A stretch of 64,000 nt of DNA, taken from positions 64,001 through 128,000 of the IMG/VR virus record IMGVR_UViG_3300036987_000310. One strand, written 5' to 3'. The position numbers and the translations under genes were made by a program. The notes beneath the pieces are model-generated. The model saw only the letters and a list, made by a program, of their open reading frames with translations, had not been told where the DNA came from and did no database searches. The stretch comes from a virus. Lineage: Duplodnaviria > Caudoviricetes. This document shows, piece by piece, positions 28,644 to 38,083 of the stretch. Position 1 is the stretch's first letter. The number at the start of each line of letters is the position of its first letter.

Positions 28644-29360
28644 TCAGGCATACTGCCTGAACAATGGTCCGCCATAGTAGCCTAATCTGGCTCTATCAAT
28701 TACAACATGCGCTTTTTCTGTCACTAGCTTTGTGAGATCTATGTCCATCACATATGCCAAAACAAACGCATAGATGACGACATCGGGAAGTTCAGAGAGC
28801 ACTGCTGCGCGAAGACCCTCGCTAGCGTCTCCTCCATGGCGGAACGCCTTGACCATTTTGTTTAAGAGTTCCCCGGCCTCGCCTGCAACACCAGCCGAGT
28901 AATAAAAAGCCGGGTTTTGTCCGTAGGCTTCTTTCTCACCCATTTGCTTGATGTTGCACAGTATTTTGTGTGATTCGACGATGGCTGAAAAGATGTCGTC
29001 CGGCGCTTGTTCTCGCTCTTTCTCCAATTGTTGGATACGATGCATTAGAAAGTCCCGGATTTCCACTCCGCTGTTATAGGCAGATAAGCGAATCTCGTCT
29101 TTGGCCTTGTTCAACACGGCGTTTAACTCGTTGAGCCGGGCGTCAATTTCTGATTTCGTGTGCTTCGGAATGAAGTCTGTGTTGCATGCAAAACTTGCTT
29201 CATGCAACACTAGAGACGTTCCATATACGCCAACGCACTCGCCGTCTATCTTTGGCTCAGGCTGAAGCCACACTATTCCGGTTGTGTTGTCGACATCGTG
29301 AACCGAGTGCAGCCTTCCTCGAAACACGAGTTGCATTCCTGGCTCTAGCGAATCGATCAT
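28644..29360 (-). CDS. MazG-like NTP pyrophosphohydrolase with N-terminal extension
   Basis: GVAGEAGELLNKMVK...LSELPDVVIYAFVLAYVMDIDL (ExxE...ExxD). Confidence 0.75.
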   Translation of the reverse strand: MIDSLEPGMQLVFRGRLHSVHDVDNTTGIVWLQPEPKIDGECVGVYGTSLVLHEASFACNTDFIPKHTKSEIDARLNELNAVLNKAKDEIRLSAYNSGVEIRDFLMHRIQQLEKEREQAPDDIFSAIVESHKILCNIKQMGEKEAYGQNPAFYYSAGVAGEAGELLNKMVKAFRHGGDASEGLRAAVLSELPDVVIYAFVLAYVMDIDLTKLVTEKAHVVIDRARLGYYGGPLFRQYA

Positions 29361-30097
29361 CAGACTACCTTTCTTCTGGCTTCGACTGTCACCGCGTGAA
29401 GTTTTTTCGACTCCTTCTCCAGGAACTGATAATACGGGCTCAGCTTGTTTAACGGATAAGCTTCCGTCATGTTGGAAGAATGCATGACGGAAAAATCTTC
29501 TACCATGCGATGAAGAAAATTCCTAATCTCGCAGTTTCCTCGCAAGACTTCCCGACGCATGAACTGATAAAGGCTCATAAAATCTGCAGCTTTGACAACC
29601 GCGTCCACATATGTGGCGGCACTGGCTTGGGCAGCTGTTTGATCTGCCAACCATGACACTTGTTTTACCGCTGTTGGAATCAAATTTTCAATCATGTCTT
29701 TTTCTGCTCTATCCATTTCTTTTTTCAAAGCAGATGAGCTATATTTGAACGGCCTCACCACGTCTCCCGTCACGGCTTCTCCCATGTCGTGCGTGGCAGC
29801 TTTCAACATTATTGCGAGCAGAACAGACTGTTTTCCGTACTTCTTTCTTTCGCGACTTGAGCTTTGGCGTTGAAGCTCTTGATGTATCATAACTGCATAT
29901 AAAACTACCCAAAAACTGTGGTCTGCAACGTTTTCTGGAGTTGTTATTGGGATGCTGCTATACCTCCATACGTTGGATAGCCGACGGATCTCTCCTGACG
30001 AAGCACATACAACATTGCTCCATGGGTTTAAACTTACGGAAGGATCAGGGTCGTCGATTGCTTCGTCGAGTTCCGGTTCGCGCTTAGACTTCTTCAT
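29360..30097 (-). CDS. HD-domain (YfbR-like) deoxynucleotide phosphohydrolase
   Basis: WRYS...ENVADHSF...ATHDMGEAVTGDV..PFK...VKAADFM. Confidence 0.85.
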   Translation of the reverse strand: MKKSKREPELDEAIDDPDPSVSLNPWSNVVCASSGEIRRLSNVWRYSSIPITTPENVADHSFWVVLYAVMIHQELQRQSSSRERKKYGKQSVLLAIMLKAATHDMGEAVTGDVVRPFKYSSSALKKEMDRAEKDMIENLIPTAVKQVSWLADQTAAQASAATYVDAVVKAADFMSLYQFMRREVLRGNCEIRNFLHRMVEDFSVMHSSNMTEAYPLNKLSPYYQFLEKESKKLHAVTVEARRKVV

Positions 30098-30284
30098 TTG
30101 TAGACATTACAGGAAGCATAGGCAAAGGATCTGTTTGCGGGGACAAGTCGCACACGCATCCCTGAATGCCGTTTTCAATCATTTTTCGCAACACTTCCGA
30201 AGCTTCCTCAGGCTCCAAAAAGGCGTGTTTGACAATCAGGTCGCCCTCGTGATCAGTGTATTCTATTGAATAAAATTTTTTCAT
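30084..30284 (-). CDS. Small acidic hypothetical protein
   Basis: MKKFYSIEYTDHEGDL...; internal ATG of the 121-aa ORF chosen. Confidence 0.4.
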   Translation of the reverse strand: MKKFYSIEYTDHEGDLIVKHAFLEPEEASEVLRKMIENGIQGCVCDLSPQTDPLPMLPVMSTNEEV

Positions 30285-30320
30285 TGCGTAAATCCGGCAA
30301 TATCCGAAGTAACCAGAAAC

Positions 30321-30659
30321 ATGGAGAACTCTAAAGTTTGCATTTTTGACCCCGGGGACGTGGATGAGATTGGCCCATGTTCCGGGTGTTTGAAACCGCT
30401 CCGGTTGGTAAATCACGCCTGCAAAAAATGTCGCTCGCGCTTCGGTCAAAACTGCGGAATACTTTTTCGAAGATTCCGTGAAAACCCGACTCTATGCGCC
30501 AGGTTCTATGAGGTTTTGCCGCCCGGAAAGCAAAAAGTGTTCATAGACCTTTTCGGCCTCCCTCCTGACTGTCTTGCACCCGACGAAACACCTCGGAAAG
30601 TGTTTCGTCCCCATTTGCGCGTTGTTTACTCAGCGTCGAAGCAAAATCAGGAAGACTGA
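30321..30659 (+). CDS. Cys-rich hypothetical protein
   Basis: CSGC...CKKC; 112 aa. Confidence 0.45.
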   Translation: MENSKVCIFDPGDVDEIGPCSGCLKPLRLVNHACKKCRSRFGQNCGILFRRFRENPTLCARFYEVLPPGKQKVFIDLFGLPPDCLAPDETPRKVFRPHLRVVYSASKQNQED

Positions 30660-31059
30660 GACTGCGCAAGTTCGCAGCGCTTTCAAGCATGTTCAGCACA
30701 CGAAGGGGGTCTCCCTTCACTTCCATGGCCTTTTGAACTAACTCCATGGCAAGCTTGTCCCGCCAGCGGTCAATTTCAGCTACGGAAATCGGCCGCAATT
30801 CTCCCCCTTCCACCACCACCCACTCTCCACTTCCGAGCCATAAATCGGCCTTTGAAATTGTGTGGCGGTCTTTGTCAGTACACGGTCTTTCAACGCGGTT
30901 TTTTGACATTATTTTGACGTCGTCGTTTTTGTCAATCATGACTGCATCCGGTACGGACGGATCGAATTTTGTTGGAAAAAATCCGATCACATGAATGCTT
31001 TCATGACCACTATCATAAAAAACGCCATCACTAGACATATGACCGCAACCCCCATCCAC
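30541..31059 (-). CDS. Hypothetical protein
   Basis: 172-aa ORF; the 3' end overlaps the opposite-strand ORF, so boundaries are uncertain. Confidence 0.4.
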   Translation of the reverse strand: MDGGCGHMSSDGVFYDSGHESIHVIGFFPTKFDPSVPDAVMIDKNDDVKIMSKNRVERPCTDKDRHTISKADLWLGSGEWVVVEGGELRPISVAEIDRWRDKLAMELVQKAMEVKGDPLRVLNMLESAANLRSLSLPDFASTLSKQRANGDETLSEVFRRVQDSQEGGRKGL

Positions 31060-31337
31060 TTCATCAAGTTCATGGACACCGAGAGCCAGTCCATCGACAA
31101 TTCGACAGTCTTTTGTTCTGGAGAACTATTGTGGGAAACCCTGCTGTAGGAAACCATGCTGTTCAGCTGATCCAGGGTCATATACCCAGCTTTCACCGGG
31201 ATATTTGCCGGCATGAAAGACGACGCGGGGACAATCGTCCCTGATCGCAGCAACTTGTGCGGACTATTTCCACATTGCACGCAAACAGTTGCCATGTCAT
31301 CATTTGAAAAACCGCACGTGTGACAAAGCTTCATCAC
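30987..31337 (-). CDS. Zn-ribbon protein with C-terminal TM helix
   Basis: CHTCG...CVQCG; WMGVAVICLVMAFFMIVVM. Confidence 0.55.
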   Translation of the reverse strand: MMKLCHTCGFSNDDMATVCVQCGNSPHKLLRSGTIVPASSFMPANIPVKAGYMTLDQLNSMVSYSRVSHNSSPEQKTVELSMDWLSVSMNLMKWMGVAVICLVMAFFMIVVMKAFM

Positions 31338-31987
31338 AATTTCCTGTTCAACTGCTTGATCCCTTCAGTCAACAGCGTCTGCACTGAGTCTGTTCTGTCC
31401 TGAACGGATTCCACGAATTTTTGCACATCATGCTTAGCGAAACCGAGTCCCCTTAGGCCAACGCCGAGCTGGTTCATAGTTTCACTGCACTCTACCGATG
31501 GTTCGAGCTTTTCATCGGATTCAGACCCGAGTTGTTCCCGCGATTGTTCCCACTCGTGCAGTCGCATTGCAGACTCAATCTTCATGTCAGCGTTTATTCT
31601 GTCAACTTCAGAAAGAGATTGCTGGAACAACCCGATTAAGAATGGGGAGTCCAGCCACCAATCTGAGTCCACTATGTCGATCATAAAGTCGACAAACGAC
31701 ACTGACTCCATGATCGATGATCGAATTTGAGGTCGCTGTGTGCTGACGGACACAAGTCCGCATGTGGCACTCACAGTTCCATTTTCTTGCGTGATGGCCT
31801 CGATCATGTGCACGGCGTTCCTGTTTTCGGCTTCGACCAACAGGAACCGGCTCACTGACCCACTGGGTGAAAACATCCCAAACACATACCAGGCACGGTC
31901 CAACCCAAAAGACGGGTGTCCGGGTCCAGCCACGACAACATCTTTTACCCGAATGTTTCCCATGCCTTGGATACGTTGTCCAGGCAT
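31334..31987 (-). CDS. Hypothetical protein with C-terminal RuvA domain III-like helices
   Basis: LGVGLRGLGFAKHDVQKFVESV...SVQTLLTEGIKQL resembles the RuvA CTD (ALxxLGY/F...VEELIxxALK). Confidence 0.55.
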   Translation of the reverse strand: MPGQRIQGMGNIRVKDVVVAGPGHPSFGLDRAWYVFGMFSPSGSVSRFLLVEAENRNAVHMIEAITQENGTVSATCGLVSVSTQRPQIRSSIMESVSFVDFMIDIVDSDWWLDSPFLIGLFQQSLSEVDRINADMKIESAMRLHEWEQSREQLGSESDEKLEPSVECSETMNQLGVGLRGLGFAKHDVQKFVESVQDRTDSVQTLLTEGIKQLNRKL

Positions 31988-32002
31988 GAATTTTCGCTAT
32001 AT

Positions 32003-33310
32003 TTAGGAATGTGTGTGAATATGGTCTTGTGTAATCAAAGGTCTACTGCACGTAGGACAACTCGGAATTTTTTCCAGCTCTTTCAGAACACTATTCAGAT
32101 CTTTAGTGGCTTGCGCAAACTCGGCATCAAGCCGATTTATTTCAATTGTCGCACTGTTTATCTCAACAAACGTTTTCTTAGCTGTACCGACTTTTTCCAA
32201 ATCCTCCAACATGTTCAAACTGTCCGGGACTTGGGTATCAAGCTCCAAGGCGTTTACTGACCCTTGAAGTCTTTCAATATTTGACTGCATCTTTTCGGCC
32301 AAAGCTGCCCTGTCAACTTCCGACTTGTCAGGAAGATTCGGCACTGTCAAAGATCCAACCGGCTCCAGTTTTTCGGCGGACTTTTTCAGATCGTCTATTC
32401 CGTCATACTTTCTAATTCTTGCCCAATCGCCATAATGTTTTGTTGGTGCTTCTGGCACACCAATGTTTTTTCCTCGAAGAGCGATTACTGCTTTTGCGGC
32501 GACTTCAAGCTGAATCCACAGCCTATTCATGTTGACCGTGCGCTTTATGTCGTCGCCAAACGCCTCAAACGGAACTTGTATTTCATCAAACCCATCCAAC
32601 AGCATGACTGCGGAATGCGCGCTGCTTATCCCCAGATGAAACTTTTTGCACTTCTCCACTCTGGTTTCATACTGGACAATTGATTCTGCTTGGTTTTCCA
32701 GTTCTTCCACAATCTCAGCCAAGTTATCCAGCTTGTCCACTTTGCTCAGGTTTTGTTTAAACCTGACAGCTTCGATTGCTGCTGTTTTACTTTCTTCGAC
32801 AAGTTTTTTCTTGCTTTTAAGCCCGAGGGTTATCGCGTTTTGCAACACGTCTAGACCCGATATTTCAGATATGAACTGTGTGACAGTGGGACCCCCTTCG
32901 TCCAAAAGGAACACGGGGGCCCACTGGGACGCATACCACGGGTACAGGTCTCTGTCTCCTACTCTGACGCTTCCAAATCCCATTGCAGCCACCGGTTCTG
33001 GCTGCCTCTGTCCTACGTTTTCTAGCTTTTCAGACTTGCCGTCAATAGTGTATCTGTTGAGGCCTCGTTCAGCTTTTTCCCACAGCAGGCCCCATTGTTC
33101 GGACGACAAGCGAACGGAACACGATTTGGCTCCCGTTCGAATAAGATTCGTGACGGGCTTGTTGAGAAGAGCTCCTGAGATGGAGCGCATGATTGCACTT
33201 TTTCCGATGTTGGTTTTGCCGGTCACGCATGTAAACCCGGCGACTTCCAATTCAAGCTCTTCGATTGATTGGTAGTTTTTTATCGAAATGCGCACTGGTT
33301 TAAGACTCAT
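32003..33310 (-). CDS. SbcC/Rad50/gp46-like ATPase, N-terminal half ending at Zn hook
   Basis: ISIKNYQSI, Walker A GKTNIGKS, Q-loop ASQ, long coiled coil, terminal CPTC. No ABC signature or Walker B. Confidence 0.75.
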   Translation of the reverse strand: MSLKPVRISIKNYQSIEELELEVAGFTCVTGKTNIGKSAIMRSISGALLNKPVTNLIRTGAKSCSVRLSSEQWGLLWEKAERGLNRYTIDGKSEKLENVGQRQPEPVAAMGFGSVRVGDRDLYPWYASQWAPVFLLDEGGPTVTQFISEISGLDVLQNAITLGLKSKKKLVEESKTAAIEAVRFKQNLSKVDKLDNLAEIVEELENQAESIVQYETRVEKCKKFHLGISSAHSAVMLLDGFDEIQVPFEAFGDDIKRTVNMNRLWIQLEVAAKAVIALRGKNIGVPEAPTKHYGDWARIRKYDGIDDLKKSAEKLEPVGSLTVPNLPDKSEVDRAALAEKMQSNIERLQGSVNALELDTQVPDSLNMLEDLEKVGTAKKTFVEINSATIEINRLDAEFAQATKDLNSVLKELEKIPSCPTCSRPLITQDHIHTHS

Positions 33311-33318
33311 GGCGCACC

Positions 33319-34788
33319 TCAGTCAATCATGTCATCTGTTATTTCTGGCACAGATGCAGCTTCCCCGTCTTCCCCGTCTTCCTCAATAATTTCCCCATCC
33401 TCGTCCACGGACACCCCGTTCACCGTAATGACCTCAGGTCCCTCGTCCGACTCGTAGTCATCGTCGTCCGCTTCGCGCTTTGTCACCGCGTCTTCGGCTA
33501 GTTTGGCGAGCTGTTCATCGTCTAGCACTCTGAACCCCTGAAGAATGTTTTCAGTGCATTGGTGAACCAATTCGTCAACGAGTTGGTTTGCTGCTAGTTC
33601 CATTCTGAAGCGTTCAATGCCCACTGCTTCAACTGTTCGACCGCTTCCTGTGGCGTACTTGAAAACATCTTGTCTTTGCTTGTTTTTGCCAACCGAAATA
33701 ACCTTGTATGCTTGAGCCACGTTCAACATCGTTCGAAGTTCGTCTATGCCGACGCCATATCGAATCGTTATGAGACCAGAGTGCCCCTGCGTGGCGTCAA
33801 TCTTGTTTTTGATCATCTTAATTTCGACGTCTGTCGAAATCTGTATGTCTTCGCGCTTTCTCGTGAGAGGGTTCCACAGCTTTGCTTTGGCCGACATCTT
33901 TGGCTTCAACATCATTCTGAGCGTCGCCCAAAATTTGAGCGCGTTTCCGCCAGTGGTGGTCTTTAGAGATTCTTCGCTCCTGGCCATCTTGGAAGCACCG
34001 ATTTTGTCGCGCGTTTGATTCAGGAACATGACATGCGTTCCCGTTCTAGCTATCACGCTCTGGAGCTTTGGCATCCACTGAGACATGAGCCGCGGGATTT
34101 CTGCCACGCCAAGCTTCTGATCTTCATCGGACGTGTCCCGTTTAATTTCTCGAGACGACACCAATCCAGCGACGGAGTCTATGACGATGAAGTCTACCCC
34201 CTGTAACGCCGCTGTCATAGTCAGAGCTTCGGTTTCCTCGAATGTGTGTGGTTGCACACGAATGGCGCGTCCATCGCCCCCGACCTCTGGAGGTCGAAAG
34301 TCTACGCCGAGCTTCATGGCATAATGGTCTCGAACCGCACATTCCAAGTCCACGTATAAGCCGCACCCGTTTCCGTTGTCTCTCATCAAGGCGTGAGCCA
34401 TGCCTGTCATGGCGATAGTGGACTTTCCGGAGCTTTCTCTGCCGAAAACCTCCGATATCGTCCCTCTCGGCCACCCCGGGCATACAAAAGTGCCGTCAGG
34501 AAGACGAGACCCTCCAATGAGGAGGTTCATGATGGTACTGCCTGTCGGAGTATAGTCCTGTTGAAATTTCGGGGTGACAAAAACCCCTTTGATCTTGGTT
34601 CTTTTTTCAATCGAGTCCTGAAATTTTCTGAGTTTCGGATGCAACTTGACCATAGATTTCGACATTGTTCCTCCAGAGTCTAGAAACTCAGAATACACCC
34701 GTTCAGTCATACGTCCGAGAAATTTTCCTGGGGCAGCCTTCTGTTGGACAGGAATGGCCGTTCCAGTTTCCAAATAGTCGTTTTGCAA
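33319..34788 (-). CDS. recA: RecA/UvsX-like recombinase
   Basis: EVFGRESSGKST Walker A, LYVDLE, IVIDSVAGL Walker B, MFLNQTR, TTGGNALKF, IKNKI; acidic tail. Confidence 0.92.
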   Translation of the reverse strand: MQNDYLETGTAIPVQQKAAPGKFLGRMTERVYSEFLDSGGTMSKSMVKLHPKLRKFQDSIEKRTKIKGVFVTPKFQQDYTPTGSTIMNLLIGGSRLPDGTFVCPGWPRGTISEVFGRESSGKSTIAMTGMAHALMRDNGNGCGLYVDLECAVRDHYAMKLGVDFRPPEVGGDGRAIRVQPHTFEETEALTMTAALQGVDFIVIDSVAGLVSSREIKRDTSDEDQKLGVAEIPRLMSQWMPKLQSVIARTGTHVMFLNQTRDKIGASKMARSEESLKTTTGGNALKFWATLRMMLKPKMSAKAKLWNPLTRKREDIQISTDVEIKMIKNKIDATQGHSGLITIRYGVGIDELRTMLNVAQAYKVISVGKNKQRQDVFKYATGSGRTVEAVGIERFRMELAANQLVDELVHQCTENILQGFRVLDDEQLAKLAEDAVTKREADDDDYESDEGPEVITVNGVSVDEDGEIIEEDGEDGEAASVPEITDDMID

Positions 34789-34833
34789 CGACTTCCTTTA
34801 CTGCTGGAACTGACGTCATGCTAACAGAGGTTT

Positions 34834-35535
34834 TCACAGAGATTCCAAATAAGTGAGCAAATTCGGGTCGATGCTCGACTTCATTGGCAGGTCAACTGAA
34901 CCAGTCGGAATTTTCGAGAATTGAAACCACCTTGAATTTTCGCGAAAAGCGTGTGCCACTTGTTTGACACTAATGGAACCGTCGTTCTTCTTGCGTTTAC
35001 GTTGTCGTGTTAAGAATACCCTAGCCTCGTGTGCCATGAGTTTGTCCGGGGATAACTCCCCCCGCATGCATTGGATGAAGCGCGCTGCCGCACGAGCAAT
35101 GCAATATGCGTCCGCTTCGTTGTTGTCCAAAATTTTTGACTGCATGGTGTCCAATTGAACAAATCGTTGCATGTCGGATTTGTCTGCGTTTCCTTTGCCG
35201 GTCACAGCCAATTTTAGAGTCATAGGGTCAAAAAGCACGCAATCGCAGCGACGTTCAAAGATTGGCTCTAACGAAAACATCATGAGCGCGTAATGGGCTG
35301 ATGCATTCACCGATTCAAACGCTGGCGATTCTATGCCTACAGCTTGCACCTCATAGCGTCTCAACAAGTCTGCCACGAGAGACCTGAACTGCATGAAGCG
35401 AGCGACCGGAACAGTCAAAGGGAGGGTGCCAACGTGTCCTGACGCAATCAGATGTTGGCGTGGAGTTTTTGCATGGCTGTCATAGACGCACCAACCATAA
35501 GCTCTTAAACTCGGATCTAAACCCAGAGTTAACAT
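34834..35535 (-). CDS. ruvC: RuvC-like Holliday junction resolvase
   Basis: TLGLDPSLRAYGW, VGIESP, GKGNADKSDM, DNNEADA acidic catalytic set. Confidence 0.75.
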   Translation of the reverse strand: MLTLGLDPSLRAYGWCVYDSHAKTPRQHLIASGHVGTLPLTVPVARFMQFRSLVADLLRRYEVQAVGIESPAFESVNASAHYALMMFSLEPIFERRCDCVLFDPMTLKLAVTGKGNADKSDMQRFVQLDTMQSKILDNNEADAYCIARAAARFIQCMRGELSPDKLMAHEARVFLTRQRKRKKNDGSISVKQVAHAFRENSRWFQFSKIPTGSVDLPMKSSIDPNLLTYLESL

Positions 35536-35632
35536 CTTGGCTGAGCATAGTCCATGATAATGTTAAATCGTGGAGCTGACTGGCTTGGAAGAGTTCACGG
35601 ATGAACTCTTCCAAGCGGCAGTACTGGTCAGG

Positions 35633-36523
35633 TCACGAGATCAAATCGTCATATGACGTAATCAGTTTTGGCGTTTCTGCCTGTGCACCGGAGGAAATCT
35701 GAGCAGAGCCGGAGCCAGAGCCGGAGGCCCCCAGTTTTTCCATGAGCTTGTCTAGCTTCATTTCGAAGCCCAGATTGTTTGAGACGTGCTTGTATGCGCG
35801 AAGTCCTTGATCGAGAATCCAAGCTCGAACTTCCGGGTCGCAGTCCTCTCGAGCCCAGAAAGCTGTCGAAGCTGCTTCGATTTGCTGCTTCTGGAACTTC
35901 GGATCGCCATCAAGAGTGACGCGGAGGTCGATGACCTCGCGCTTGTCATTCTTTGCATCTGTGTAAGCCGCTTCAAGCTTCTTGAACTTTTTGGCTGGCA
36001 AAACCCAGATGTAGAAGTTGGTGTATTTGCGCATTTTGAGCAAGTCTCCGTCCACTTGCCCTTTGTCGTCGATCGGATAGGTCATGATAACCGTGCCAAC
36101 CTTTTGGTCAGCATCTCCGAACCTGTTGCAACATTCTTCAGGCTTAACCATGGTTGAGCCTTCATATTTGCTGAGACAACGAATCGTGCCAACGCCTTCT
36201 CCGTAGTGGGTGAAAGCGACTGAAAACCGCGGCTTCTTGATGTCGAGACGATCGACTTCGGTCAGTTGTTCGACGGGCTTGCTCAGCTGTTCGGCGATTT
36301 TCTGGTCGATTTTCACGAGCAGCTGTGCTTTTTCCTCATCGGAAAGAGGTGCGCCCTTTTCGCGGGCTTTTCTCGTCAAGATGTCATCGTGGATTTTCTT
36401 GAACGCAATCACGCTGACACGATGCTTTTCTCCGGGACGGTTTTGCTTGAAGGTTTCTACCCCGACGGTTTTGATGATCTTTGCATCATCGAAGCCAAAT
36501 TCCATCACATTTGAATCGCCCAT
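35633..36523 (-). CDS. Putative single-stranded DNA-binding protein (gp32-like)
   Basis: Sits in the recA/ruvC cluster; aromatic-rich core, Gly/Ser linker and acidic end YDDLIS. Function inferred from context. Confidence 0.45.
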   Translation of the reverse strand: MGDSNVMEFGFDDAKIIKTVGVETFKQNRPGEKHRVSVIAFKKIHDDILTRKAREKGAPLSDEEKAQLLVKIDQKIAEQLSKPVEQLTEVDRLDIKKPRFSVAFTHYGEGVGTIRCLSKYEGSTMVKPEECCNRFGDADQKVGTVIMTYPIDDKGQVDGDLLKMRKYTNFYIWVLPAKKFKKLEAAYTDAKNDKREVIDLRVTLDGDPKFQKQQIEAASTAFWAREDCDPEVRAWILDQGLRAYKHVSNNLGFEMKLDKLMEKLGASGSGSGSAQISSGAQAETPKLITSYDDLIS

Positions 36524-36532
36524 CTTTGCCTC

Positions 36533-36580
36533 TTGAACGGTTGAACGGTTGAACGGTTGAACGGTTGAACGGTTGAACGG
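36533..36580. repeat. Perfect tandem octamer (TTGAACGG)x6
   Basis: Six exact copies in the 5' leader of the 35633-36523 gene, ending just before its RBS (AAGAGG). Confidence 0.97.
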
Positions 36581-36633
36581 TTGGCTATCTGCCGTTGTTG
36601 TTTATATTACACTCAAACAAATCACTTAAAAAG

Positions 36634-37482
36634 TCACAAATCGCTGAACACCACATCCACAATAGATGCTTTTACGCCGTCGTCGTCCCATTCGACAAGG
36701 GCTCTCGGAGAACTTTCCTTGTCATTTTCTTCGGCCATTTTGTTTTCCTCAGCAGGCTCCAAGTCTAGAGATGACTCTGAACCTAGATCGACAGGGTTGT
36801 TGTTCAGTGGCCCTAAGCTACTGAAAAAATCGGCCATTTGTTGTGCGTGCATTTCGTCGACAGGCTCGGGAAGGTCTTCCGGCCGTTTGCTCGGGTCAAG
36901 CAGGTCTTTCGGGTCGATTTTTCCTTGCACGACGGGAGGGGGCATTCCATCGGACACGGTCCGGTCTTGGTTGGCCTGCGGTTTCGCATACCCATCCCCT
37001 CCACCGAGTCGTGTGTCGGCATCATCTTTCACGAGCTGACGTTGGGACTTAATGTCGGCGTTTGTGCGGACCAAGTCCTGGTGTTTCATTTTGATAATTT
37101 TCAGCGTCTCGACGACGTCTAGCATGCCGACCTTCAACGATGCAAGGTTGTCGTGCTCCTCTTTCAACATGCTGGACACCACAGCTTTGCGGTCCTCTAT
37201 CGATGGCTGCTTTTTCACGATCGGGTCATCGGCCAGCTTCTGCGCTGTTTTCAACTCCAGGTCGAGCTCCATTTGCCGAACTTCGACCGACAAGTTTTTG
37301 GCTTGTTTGCCGACCGTTTGCAAGTAGTATATGACTCGGTTCAAATACTTTCGACACAGAGCTATGCGCCCATTCAGGTATTTTGACCCAAGAGATGGGA
37401 GGGTTGGGTCCTCAGCCAACTCCACCTCGAATTCAGATATTTCGTCAAGAATTGACGATAATTGTTCTGACGTATATCTCAT
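36634..37482 (-). CDS. Coiled-coil hypothetical protein (possible recombination mediator)
   Basis: Heptad-rich N-terminal 170 aa, acidic/Pro tail; TAATCT-N6-ATG upstream. Confidence 0.6.
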   Translation of the reverse strand: MRYTSEQLSSILDEISEFEVELAEDPTLPSLGSKYLNGRIALCRKYLNRVIYYLQTVGKQAKNLSVEVRQMELDLELKTAQKLADDPIVKKQPSIEDRKAVVSSMLKEEHDNLASLKVGMLDVVETLKIIKMKHQDLVRTNADIKSQRQLVKDDADTRLGGGDGYAKPQANQDRTVSDGMPPPVVQGKIDPKDLLDPSKRPEDLPEPVDEMHAQQMADFFSSLGPLNNNPVDLGSESSLDLEPAEENKMAEENDKESSPRALVEWDDDGVKASIVDVVFSDL

Positions 37483-37497
37483 TGGCGGAGATTACAG

Positions 37498-37878
37498 TTA
37501 GTTTGGGCGCGGCTCTTCCCCTGGCTGTCTTTTGCGTGCTTCCGCACTAGCCGCTTGAGCGATTATTCTGAAATCTTCCCACAACGGCCCGTATTTTTGA
37601 GCTGTTTTCTCGCCCTCAGACTCAAATGTTAAAAACTCGACTACCTGGTCCACTCCTCGCCAGTCCCCTTGAATCACTGCTTCGATTGCTGACTCCCCGA
37701 GTACGGAAGAGAAGCGATCTACGGATCGAACCTTCTCAAGCTCAACTGACAGAGCTACGACAGTTCTGAGACGATGCTTTCTTTCCCATTTGTCGACAAT
37801 GCACCACGCTCTGGAAATTGTCTCCAGCCGGTGTTCCCCGAATTTTTCCAGAATTTTGTCTAGAAGTTTACTGGCCAT
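37498..37878 (-). CDS. Hypothetical protein
   Basis: 126-aa ORF in a coupled minus-strand run. Confidence 0.5.
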   Translation of the reverse strand: MASKLLDKILEKFGEHRLETISRAWCIVDKWERKHRLRTVVALSVELEKVRSVDRFSSVLGESAIEAVIQGDWRGVDQVVEFLTFESEGEKTAQKYGPLWEDFRIIAQAASAEARKRQPGEEPRPN

Positions 37879-38083
37879 CTTTCATGGCTGCTTTCGACTC
37901 TTCAGACAGTTTAAATCCGCCAACTGTTTTGTTTGTGGCATCGACATCCGCCCCGGTCCTCTTGTCGTATCTTCCGAACTCGGTCACAACCAGCGTTTTG
38001 GTGACGCGAACAACTTTTTCTTTTCTGTTTTTATGGTTTTTGAACAATCCGTGCCCGATGGTTTCAACCCATTCAAGAGCCAT
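37868..38083 (-). CDS. Small basic hypothetical protein
   Basis: 71-aa ORF overlapping its neighbours by about 11 nt. Confidence 0.45.
   Translation of the reverse strand: MALEWVETIGHGLFKNHKNRKEKVVRVTKTLVVTEFGRYDKRTGADVDATNKTVGGFKLSEESKAAMKDGQ

Noticed and set aside
28644-30097. Z-genome (2-aminoadenine) pathway as a firm call
   Set aside because: No PurZ in the window, and a Dam adenine methylase is present. Kept only as a low-weight hypothesis.
36533-36580. CRISPR array
   Set aside because: Contiguous 8-bp units with no spacers; no cas genes seen. The recurring gaacc/cttgt motifs at 45-46 kb are tRNA T arms and module motifs, not CRISPR repeats.
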